The notes beneath the pieces are model-generated. The model did no database searches. It worked only from the letters and a program-made list of their open reading frames with translations, and was not told the origin of the DNA. This document shows, piece by piece, positions 9,755-17,193 of a stretch of 19,986 nt of DNA (positions are counted from its first letter, which is position 1; each line of letters starts with the position of its first letter). The position numbers and the translations under genes were made by a program. Source of the stretch: Oligoflexia bacterium (GTDB taxonomy: Bacteria; Bdellovibrionota; UBA1018); NCBI GenBank assembly GCA_043732485.1, contig JAYTHP010000013.1, forward strand, positions 1 to 19,986, in the 5' to 3' direction.

Positions 9755-10507
9755 TTACAGCTTGAAGCCTGCAGCCTTGGCGTCTTTGTAGAACATTTGC
9801 ACCGTCTCAAGCGAATACTCCTCAAGCGGCTTGTTGCGTAACTCCAGCTTCTTTAACAAATCCTCGGTCAGCGTAATGATATGACAGCCACACTCTTCGG
9901 CTTGATAAATATTTAACGCCTCCCGCGGACTGGCCCATAAAATCTTGGCCTTCGGAAAACCGGCAAAAAGGGCCACCGCCTCTTTCATCAGCGGCACCGG
10001 ATCAACGCCCGTGTCGGCAATGCGGCCGGCAAAAATCGAGATGATCGCATCATCCTCAGGCTTCATCACCTCGCGCACCTCGATCAGCTGGGTGCGAGTG
10101 AAGAGTGCCGTGATGTTGAGCTTCATTTTAAGGGCAAAAAGCTTTTGAATCAAAGGTACTGCCGACTCCGAGCGGGTGTTGGTGATCGGGATTTTCACGT
10201 TCACCGTCGACCCCCAGGAGTTAATCTCGATGGCTTCCCGCTCCATTGCTTCAAAGTCATCTGAGAACACTTCGAAGGAAATGGGAGCTTGAATCACTTT
10301 TAACAAATCTAGCGCGAAGGCCTTGTAATCCTTAATGCCAGCTTTGGCCATCAGCGTGGGGTTGGTCGTAAAGCCCTGCACACCCCCCCCGTGATAGCGC
10401 GCAAGCATTTGATCGCGGTTGGCACCGTCGGCATAAAGCGCAAGGCGCATCGGCGTGGGGTTGCTGGAGGAAGCAGTGTGTTTGAGGTCAGCGTGAGAAG
10501 CGGGCAT
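9755..10507 (-). CDS. tal: Transaldolase (small, FSA/TalC-size type)
   Basis: LYADGA, GFTTNPTLM, ISFEVF, Schiff-base VKIP, NITA, SIFAGRIADTG and LWASPRE. Start at ATG 10507 (purine-rich AGGAAAGGGA upstream) or ATG 10450. Confidence 0.92.
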   Translation of the reverse strand: MPASHADLKHTASSSNPTPMRLALYADGANRDQMLARYHGGGVQGFTTNPTLMAKAGIKDYKAFALDLLKVIQAPISFEVFSDDFEAMEREAIEINSWGSTVNVKIPITNTRSESAVPLIQKLFALKMKLNITALFTRTQLIEVREVMKPEDDAIISIFAGRIADTGVDPVPLMKEAVALFAGFPKAKILWASPREALNIYQAEECGCHIITLTEDLLKKLELRNKPLEEYSLETVQMFYKDAKAAGFKL

Positions 10508-10792
10508 AAAACGTGTATTCCCTTTCCTGAAAACAGGCGATAAAAAGACAAAATCACCCAACTACTGTCGGGTTCATGGGATTCTTAGAGGTCTTTGTAT
10601 CTCTAAGCGACCAAAACAAGAAGACTTGCAGTGGTCTCTCACTCAAAGCTTTTTCGAAAAGTTCATCTCTCAAAGACTCAAGTGCGCCTCGTCAAGTGCC
10701 TTGGGCGTCTTGGATTTAGCCTCACGGGAGCAAAGCTTTTTTCGGCAAAAGTGGGGTCTGATCTCAAAAGCTCCCTCATTTAGAGTTTTTTT

Positions 10793-10836
10793 TCAAGCAC
10801 AAATTGCTTGATTTCACACCTATTTTAGGCTAAAGC
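10793..10836 (+). promoter_or_regulatory. Inverted repeat (candidate operator) overlapping a putative sigma70 -35 of the lipoprotein gene
   Basis: TCAAGCA-CAAAT-TGCTTGA (10793-10811) is a perfect 7-5-7 inverted repeat. TTGCTT/TTGATT at 10804-10813 and TAGGCT at 10826-10831 lie just upstream of ATG 10850. Confidence 0.4.
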
Positions 10837-10849
10837 CTGCACACTAAAT

Positions 10850-11506
10850 ATGAAATTCTTGTCAGGCCTCCTCACCCGCCGCTCTAGCCTGAGCTTAGCT
10901 CTCCTTCTGCTGCTGCCCCTCCTACTCCCCTACTTGGCCTGCTCCCCGCTTTTGGAGCGCGAAGAGGCTAAACCCCACGACCCCCCCCAAAGCAAGCGCG
11001 AGCGGGATGAAATCAGCGGTGAGTCCCCTAGCGACTCAGCCAGTAGCCCAGACCGCAGCTCTGACGAGCTGGGACCGCCTGATGGAACAGCAACCCCCTC
11101 GGCGCTACCCCACCACCTCCTACAAGCAGCGTCGCACTTTGACTTCACGTTTGCCCCCTATCCCGATGCAGCTCTCGAAGTTGGCGAACCGGTCACTTTC
11201 CAGATCAAAATACTCAAGAAATCAAACCACACCCTTCTTGAGCCAGACCGGCCGTTTCGGGTCTGGTTTTGGATGAAGATGCCAGGCGGGGATGACCACG
11301 GCCCCAGCCAGCGCGGTTGGTTAGAGCGTGTGCCGCCCGCGCTAGAGTCAGGCAGGGCAAACCACCCCTCGCTCCTCACACAGCCTGGGATTTTTTATCA
11401 CCGCGACGTGATCTTCAACATGCCGGGCACCTGGGAAATTCATCTGCAGTGGGGAGCGAAAAGAGACCCCCTTGCGGAGGAGGCGATTGCAGAATTTACG
11501 CTTTAA
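10850..11506 (+). CDS. Lipoprotein with C-terminal YtkA/FixH-like Ig-fold domain
   Basis: Basic plus poly-Leu signal with lipobox YLAC, then a disordered Ser/Pro/Asp linker. WFWMKMPGGDDHGPS and GIFYHRDVIFNMPGTWEIHLQW resemble the YtkA-type 'MP.M.HG ... F.M.G.W.I' signature. Confidence 0.7.
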   Translation: MKFLSGLLTRRSSLSLALLLLLPLLLPYLACSPLLEREEAKPHDPPQSKRERDEISGESPSDSASSPDRSSDELGPPDGTATPSALPHHLLQAASHFDFTFAPYPDAALEVGEPVTFQIKILKKSNHTLLEPDRPFRVWFWMKMPGGDDHGPSQRGWLERVPPALESGRANHPSLLTQPGIFYHRDVIFNMPGTWEIHLQWGAKRDPLAEEAIAEFTL

Positions 11507-11609
11507 GCTGAACCGCAGGGGACGACAACGCCACTGCCGCTGCAGCCGCCTCCGTCTTTTTGGCACAAGACTCACAAGATCCAGTGCCGCCACGGTTTGG
11601 AGGACGTCT

Positions 11610-12602
11610 CTGGAGTGCGTTTTTGCCAACTCCTTCCCCTTCTCCCTCCTCCTTTTTCTCCTCCTCTCATTCTCGCAGATTGGGCTAAAACGGCCGCTTT
11701 TTGCCGCTCCCTGTTGCGCCCGTAACGCCTCAGTCCCGATTCTCATGTCCTCAGGCGATGACCGTGCGCAGCTCAACGTGGCAACCTCCGTGAGTGGAGT
11801 AGTGGCGCAAGTCGGTAACAGCGGCGTTCCCCGCTTTAACTCCCAGCAAACCTCAGAAATGACCCAGACCCTACGCCTGGAAGGCGCCACACTACTCACC
11901 GATCAGCTGCAAATCGGCTTAGGCGTGCCCCTGGTTCGCTCCAGTTTTAGCACCAGCTCGCAGCGCCAAGAATCCTCCACCGGTCTGGGCGACGTGCGCG
12001 TCAGCCTGGGCTATGAGATCTTGCCGCTGTGGAATTACTCCGTCTGGCGCCCGCAAGGCTACCTGTTTTCCGTGCTCACTCTGCCTACCGGCCGCTCGCG
12101 CTATGACTCACGCTTACCCACCTCCACTGACATCACGGGCAATGGATTTTTCTCAGCCTCATTAGGCTCCTTGTGGTTGAAGCGCTGGACGCAGTGGGAT
12201 GTTTTTTTGGTGAGCGAATTGCACTATGGTTTTGAGCGCAGTTTTGCGCTCTCAGACGGCGAATCACTCGCAGTCTCGCCCGGGGTCGGGGGCAGTGTGG
12301 GGCTAGGCGTGGGGTTTAGCCCCCCCGCGTTTCCGCTACGCATCGGTCTGAGGTTACAACCGCGCTGGGATCAAACGCGCCAGGTCAGCTCCTCTGCTTT
12401 TTTAACCCCCCCCGCCTTGACCCCTACAAGCCTGCGGGGACTGGTGACCAGCACCGACACGGCGCTTGATCTCGCTTACATGCTAGGCGCTGAGGACACC
12501 GTGATGGCGTCTTACACCGATCAAACCTTACTCGGCCGCGCCCAAAATACCCCACTCAATCGCACCTTAAGCGTGACCTACCAGCATCGCTGGTCGCGCT
12601 AA
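11610..12602 (+). CDS. Probable outer-membrane beta-barrel protein with N-terminal Cys-Cys motif (MetA-pathway/SphA transporter-like)
   Basis: Hydrophobic signal FSLLLFLLLSFS...LFA followed by APCCARN. It contains GLGVPLV, GLGDVRVSLGYE, LTLPTG, TGNGFF, alternating beta-strand patterns and a C-terminal LSVTYQHRW. Start uncertain: the track gives TTG 11472, but in-frame CTG 11610 follows GGAGG. Confidence 0.65.
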   Translation: MECVFANSFPFSLLLFLLLSFSQIGLKRPLFAAPCCARNASVPILMSSGDDRAQLNVATSVSGVVAQVGNSGVPRFNSQQTSEMTQTLRLEGATLLTDQLQIGLGVPLVRSSFSTSSQRQESSTGLGDVRVSLGYEILPLWNYSVWRPQGYLFSVLTLPTGRSRYDSRLPTSTDITGNGFFSASLGSLWLKRWTQWDVFLVSELHYGFERSFALSDGESLAVSPGVGGSVGLGVGFSPPAFPLRIGLRLQPRWDQTRQVSSSAFLTPPALTPTSLRGLVTSTDTALDLAYMLGAEDTVMASYTDQTLLGRAQNTPLNRTLSVTYQHRWSR

Positions 12603-12634
12603 GGGTCCCGCCAAAACGAGCCCCCGAGCTAAGA

Positions 12635-13324
12635 CTAGAACTCGTCGTCTCTGCCGTCCATGTCGCCGCGCACCGACTCCAGCGGATACTCTTCCATACC
12701 ACTGGCTGCGTCCATGTCACCGATGTCATCTTCAGGCTCATGCAAATCCAGCTCGGTAATAACCTTCAAAAAGGTGTCATCCGTCATCAAATCATGCCGA
12801 ATCGCCTCTAAGTACTTCTCCGAATACTTCGAGGTCAACTCTTGAATGTACTGCTGCAGCCTGCCGTCTTGCAAAATAGCATCCTTGCGCTTAATGCGCT
12901 GCCAGTTCTTAATATAATGTAAACGACAGTAACCCGCGCCAATCACAATGTTTTCACACGCAGGCTCGCGGCATAACGATTGCGAGAGATTCTCCATCGC
13001 CTTCGAGAGGGTGGCTTGCTTGAAAACATCAGGTATTTTGGAGGCAGGCATCGCGCTCGACTTACTCGAAACAGTACTTTTCATGACGTTTACTTTCTTG
13101 GTTGAGGCTTGCGCTCGCTTCTGAGCGCTTGCCACTTTGGGCGCTTTGGCAACTCGCTGCTCAGCGTCCTTGCGAGCAAGGAGCTTTTTAGCTCTTTTTG
13201 CCAATTTTTCAGCCGATTTTTCAGATAAAGTAGACTTACCCGCCGCTTTTTTACCCAAAGACTGAAGCTTAGTTTTTTGCACCTTCAGATCTTTTTTTTC
13301 TTTTTTTACAGCCAACTTGCTCAT
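12635..13324 (-). CDS. Uncharacterised protein: Lys/Ala/Ser-rich N-terminus, C-x4-C-x9-C-x2-H putative zinc finger plus helical domain, acidic tail
   Basis: About 95 aa highly basic N-terminus, then CREPACENIVIGAGYCRLH, a helical YIQELTSKYSEKYLEAIRHDL segment and a D/E-rich C-terminus. A G-rich SD-like run lies upstream of GTG 13327/ATG 13324. Confidence 0.8.
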   Translation of the reverse strand: MSKLAVKKEKKDLKVQKTKLQSLGKKAAGKSTLSEKSAEKLAKRAKKLLARKDAEQRVAKAPKVASAQKRAQASTKKVNVMKSTVSSKSSAMPASKIPDVFKQATLSKAMENLSQSLCREPACENIVIGAGYCRLHYIKNWQRIKRKDAILQDGRLQQYIQELTSKYSEKYLEAIRHDLMTDDTFLKVITELDLHEPEDDIGDMDAASGMEEYPLESVRGDMDGRDDEF

Positions 13325-13357
13325 CACTCCCCCCCCCTTTAAACCCTACGAATGTCT

Positions 13358-13405
13358 CCATGATCATCCCCATGATCATTTCAACGATCGCCCCAACGAT
13401 CGCCC
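13358..13405. repeat. Four degenerate 12-bp units, each containing GATC
   Basis: CCATGATCATCC CCATGATCATTT CAACGATCGCCC CAACGATCGCCC, with GATC at 13362, 13374, 13386 and 13398. Confidence 0.8.
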
Positions 13406-13491
13406 CATCCCTCTACCCAACTCTCTTTTTCTTCAGCTTATCCACGGTCGTCTCGGGTCACCTCTCCTGACCCGTTTTCTGCGGCGGGGCT

Positions 13492-14244
13492 TTACCCCTC
13501 ACTGACAAGCGACACGCTAAAATCGTGCTTCATTTGCGCAATCGCACTCAAAGAAATCTCCTGTGGGCAGGCCGCATGACACTCCCCAATATTCGTGCAA
13601 TTGCCAAAACCCTCTAAATCCATCTGCTGCACCATGCGAAACACCCGGCGCGACCTTTCCGCTTGCCCTTGCGGTAACTTCCCTAAATGCGCAATCTTCG
13701 CCGCAGTAAACAACGAAGCTGAGGCATTGGGACAAGCCGCCACACAGGCCCCGCAACCAATGCACGTGGCAGCGTCCATCGCCTGATCCGCCACCTGTTT
13801 AGGAATCAACATGGCATTGGCATCCGGATGCGGACCCGTCTTGGTCGAGATGTAGCCGCCCTTGGCAATCACCCGGTCAAAGGCGCTGCGATCGACCACT
13901 AAATCCTTGATCACTGGGAAAGCCTTGGCCCGCCACGGCTCAATGAAAATGGTATCGCCGTCTTGAAAGTGTCGCATGTAAAGCGTGCAAGTCGTGGTCG
14001 CGCTGATCGGACCGTGCGCCTGACCGTTAATCACCACCCCGCAAGAGCCACAAATACCCTCACGACAATCACTATCAAACTCCACCGGCTCCTGGTTACC
14101 CTTGACCAACTTCTCATTCAGGAGGTCCAGCATCTCCAAAAAAGACATGTTCGGCGACACGCCGTCTAATTCATAGCTCGCGAAATAGCCCGCTTCGGTC
14201 CGGTTTTTTTGTCGCCAAATCTCTAAATGAAGTTTCATGCTCAT
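13492..14244 (-). CDS. sdhB: Succinate dehydrogenase/fumarate reductase iron-sulfur subunit
   Basis: Fe-S motifs [10 protein letters not shown]...[15 protein letters not shown] and [22 protein letters not shown] upstream of ATG 14244. Confidence 0.96.
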   Translation of the reverse strand: MSMKLHLEIWRQKNRTEAGYFASYELDGVSPNMSFLEMLDLLNEKLVKGNQEPVEFDSDCREGICGSCGVVINGQAHGPISATTTCTLYMRHFQDGDTIFIEPWRAKAFPVIKDLVVDRSAFDRVIAKGGYISTKTGPHPDANAMLIPKQVADQAMDAATCIGCGACVAACPNASASLFTAAKIAHLGKLPQGQAERSRRVFRMVQQMDLEGFGNCTNIGECHAACPQEISLSAIAQMKHDFSVSLVSEG

Positions 14245-14271
14245 GATTCTCACCTTTTTACGAAAAAACTT

Positions 14272-16200
14272 TTAGGCATAATTGCGCTGCGCCAACTGCA
14301 CACTCTCAAAGTTCAAAGGCTCCTGATGCAATACCTCAGGCTTGCCCACTCCTTGATACTCCCAACCCGAGACGAAACAATAGTTTTTGTCGTCTCTTAA
14401 CGCTTCACCGTCTGGCGTTTGACTCTCCACCCGGAAATGCGCCCCGCACGACTCCTTGCGCTCCAGAGCATCTCTCGCCATCAGCTCTCCTAATTCAAAG
14501 AAATCGGCCACCCGGCCCGCTAATTCCAAATTCTTATTAAGCTCACTTGCCTCGCCAGGAATCTTCACCTGATGCCAAAAGTCTTCCTTGAGGGCACGAA
14601 TGGAGGCAATCGTCTTGAGCAAGTCCGCTTCGTTGCGAGACATCCCGACATGATCCCATACCAGGCGCCCCAGCTCACGGTAGTATTCCAGCGCCGTCTT
14701 GTTGCCTTGCCGACCAACATGCACTAACTGCCCAAAGTAACTCTTCACACTCGCTTCAGCCTCAGCAAACGCCGGATGATCAGTCGTCACCGCAGGCAGC
14801 ACGGTCGATGCGATGTAATGACTTAAGGTCGAGGGAATGACGAAGTAACCATCACACAAGCCTTGCATCAAAGCACTGGCGCCTAAGCGATTGGCGCCAT
14901 GATCCGAGAAGTTAGCTTCCCCTAAGACATGCAAGCCCGGGATACTGGACATCAAGTTGTAATCCACCCACAAGCCGCCCATCGTGTAATGCACGGCCGG
15001 GTAAATCCGCATCGGTGATTGATACGGGTTTTCATTGGTGATTTTCTGATACATATCAAACAGATTGCCGTACTTGTCACGAATGACCTGCTCGCCGTCG
15101 CGCTGAATCGATTCCCGAAAATCTAGGTAAACTGCGTAACCACTTTCACCCACCCCTAAGCCTTGATCGCAAATCTCTTTATTGTTGCGCGATGCCACAT
15201 CGCGCGGCACTAAGTTACCAAAGCTCGGGTACTTACGCTCTAAGAAGTAATCGCGCTGGTCATCGCTGATGTCTTGCGGCCGCTTACCGCGGTCAGCGGG
15301 ATTTTTGGGTACCCAGACACGTCCATCGTTGCGTAAACTCTCTGACATCAAGGTCAGCTTGCTTTGTGTCTCCCCTAAAATCGGGATACAAGTAGGATGA
15401 ATCTGCGTGAAGCTCGGGTTGGCAAACATCGCGCCGCGCTTATGCGCCCGCCAAATGGCCGTGGCGTTCGAGTTAAAAGCATTGGTGGAGAGATAATAGA
15501 CCCGGCCGTAACCGCCCGTGGCCAGCACCACCGTGTCAGCGCTGTAACGCTCCAGCTCGCCTGTGATCAAGTTGCGGCAAATAATGCCGCGCGCCTTGCC
15601 ATCAACCACCACCACATCCAGCATCTCACGCCTGGCATAAAGCTCGACTTTTTTAGCATCCACCATGCGCATCAACGCCTGGTAAGCGCCCAACAGCAAC
15701 TGCTGTCCGGTTTGTCCTCTCGCATAAAAAGTACGCGACACCTGCGCGCCACCAAACGAGCGATTGGTCAGCTCACCGTTGTATTCCCGGGCAAACGGCA
15801 CTCCTTGCGCCACGCACTGATCAATAATCGAGGTGCTCATTTCCGCTAAGCGGTAGACGTTAGCCTCGCGTGAGCGAAAATCGCCGCCCTTGATCGTGTC
15901 ATAGAATAAGCGGTAAACACTGTCGCCGTCGTTGGCGTAATTTTTGGCGCCATTAATGCCCCCTTGGGCGGCAATGCTGTGCGCGCGCCTCGGCGAGTCT
16001 TGAATGCAAAAGCTTTTCACCTGGTAACCCAAATCAGCAAGCGAGGCAGCAGCAGAGGCCCCTGCTAACCCCGTGCCCACCACTAGCACCGTATGCTTGC
16101 GGCGGTTGCTGGGATTGACCAGCTTCATGTGATTTTTGCTATGCGTCCACTTGTCTTCCAACGGACCGGAAGGCACCTTTGAGTCGAGTTTCACTGCCAT
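14272..16200 (-). CDS. sdhA: Succinate dehydrogenase/fumarate reductase flavoprotein subunit
   Basis: Rossmann VVGTGLAG, covalent-FAD His motif [37 protein letters not shown] and ESCGAHFR. Confidence 0.97.
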   Translation of the reverse strand: MAVKLDSKVPSGPLEDKWTHSKNHMKLVNPSNRRKHTVLVVGTGLAGASAAASLADLGYQVKSFCIQDSPRRAHSIAAQGGINGAKNYANDGDSVYRLFYDTIKGGDFRSREANVYRLAEMSTSIIDQCVAQGVPFAREYNGELTNRSFGGAQVSRTFYARGQTGQQLLLGAYQALMRMVDAKKVELYARREMLDVVVVDGKARGIICRNLITGELERYSADTVVLATGGYGRVYYLSTNAFNSNATAIWRAHKRGAMFANPSFTQIHPTCIPILGETQSKLTLMSESLRNDGRVWVPKNPADRGKRPQDISDDQRDYFLERKYPSFGNLVPRDVASRNNKEICDQGLGVGESGYAVYLDFRESIQRDGEQVIRDKYGNLFDMYQKITNENPYQSPMRIYPAVHYTMGGLWVDYNLMSSIPGLHVLGEANFSDHGANRLGASALMQGLCDGYFVIPSTLSHYIASTVLPAVTTDHPAFAEAEASVKSYFGQLVHVGRQGNKTALEYYRELGRLVWDHVGMSRNEADLLKTIASIRALKEDFWHQVKIPGEASELNKNLELAGRVADFFELGELMARDALERKESCGAHFRVESQTPDGEALRDDKNYCFVSGWEYQGVGKPEVLHQEPLNFESVQLAQRNYA

Positions 16201-16352
16201 TGCTTTTACCCTCTTTTTTCCTTCATCACGCTACGCACCTGGTCACCACACTTTTCCTGATCTCTCACGACGAAGCGACCAGGCTCAAAGCTCGCCCCCT
16301 CAGTCACAGCCAAAACCCAAAGCTCCCTAAGACTCGTTCTTCTCTCTGCGTC

Positions 16353-16384
16353 CCACCACCACCACGGACGACGACGACGACGAC
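16353..16384. repeat. Adjacent trinucleotide microsatellites (CCA)4 and (GAC)6 in the sdhC-sdhA spacer
   Basis: ccaccaccaccacggacgacgacgacgacgac read directly from the sequence. Confidence 0.85.
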
Positions 16385-16453
16385 AATAACGCCCAGCAGC
16401 TCTCCCCTCCCCCCCCTCACGAGATCTCTCGACCGGCAAGGCGGACAGAGAGC

Positions 16454-17149
16454 TTAGCCGTGAGGCTGAAAATAGATCCAAAAGGGCAAAAAGAAAAACC
16501 CCACCGCCAGCAACACTCCCACCAGCCCTGCAGCCAAGCGAAACCGGTTACTTGCAGCCAAGCGCACCAAGCCCAGCGACTGCGTGGCGCTCCAGATGGC
16601 ATGATTCAAATGAAAGCCAAGTGCCACCATCGCGGCGGCATACAGCCCCACCGCCCAAGGTTGATGCAAAACTTCAGAAACGAGGCGATAAAGGTCGCGA
16701 ATTTCATGGCCATTTTGCACCACGCTGTAACCTTCAGCGATACTAGGACCAAAGCGAAACTGGATGATGTGAATGATGAGAAAAATAAGCAACACACTGC
16801 CGCTGATGGCCATGTTGCGCGAGGCCTTGCTGCTGGGGGTATTGCCGTTTTTAGACTTCCACAGACGGTAACCCTTTGGACGGGCTTGCTGGTTGCCCCA
16901 CTGCGCCAACAAGGCTGAGCCGCTATGGGTAGCAAATAACACCACGAGCGAAATCTCGGCAACCGTGAGGAAACCCCCAAAACTTTCAAGAAAGGCTGCA
17001 TAGGCATTGAAGTCGGTGCCGGTCGGGGCATAAAGCGTAAGATTACCCAACAAGTGAACCACCACAAATCCGACGAGACTGAGTCCGGAGAGCGCGATCA
17101 CGAATTTCTTGAACAGCGAGGTTTTTGAATACTCAGCAAAGGTGGCCAT
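16454..17149 (-). CDS. sdhC: Succinate dehydrogenase cytochrome b (b558-family, single five-helix anchor)
   Basis: KKFVIALSG, HLLGN and five hydrophobic segments. His residues in HLLGN, ATHS, IHI and FHLNHA are candidate heme ligands. It lies directly upstream of sdhA/sdhB. Confidence 0.93.
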   Translation of the reverse strand: MATFAEYSKTSLFKKFVIALSGLSLVGFVVVHLLGNLTLYAPTGTDFNAYAAFLESFGGFLTVAEISLVVLFATHSGSALLAQWGNQQARPKGYRLWKSKNGNTPSSKASRNMAISGSVLLIFLIIHIIQFRFGPSIAEGYSVVQNGHEIRDLYRLVSEVLHQPWAVGLYAAAMVALGFHLNHAIWSATQSLGLVRLAASNRFRLAAGLVGVLLAVGFFFLPFWIYFQPHG

Positions 17150-17193
17150 AATTGTGCAACTCGATTTTTTAATTTTGTGTTATCTTTAAGTGT
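17150..17193. promoter_or_regulatory. 44-bp AT-rich divergent promoter region; extended -10 for fumarase
   Basis: TG-T-TATCTT (17178-17186) ends 7 nt before ATG 17194. No SD on either side. TACACT on the minus strand (17194-17189) could be the sdhC -10. Confidence 0.5.

Noticed and set aside
10562..10792. ncRNA or small gene in the tal/lipoprotein intergenic region (hairpin CTTAGAG...CTCTAAG at 10584-10607; ORF 10626-10811)
   Set aside because: Only one modest hairpin, no recognisable RNA family, and the ORF lacks an SD and motifs.
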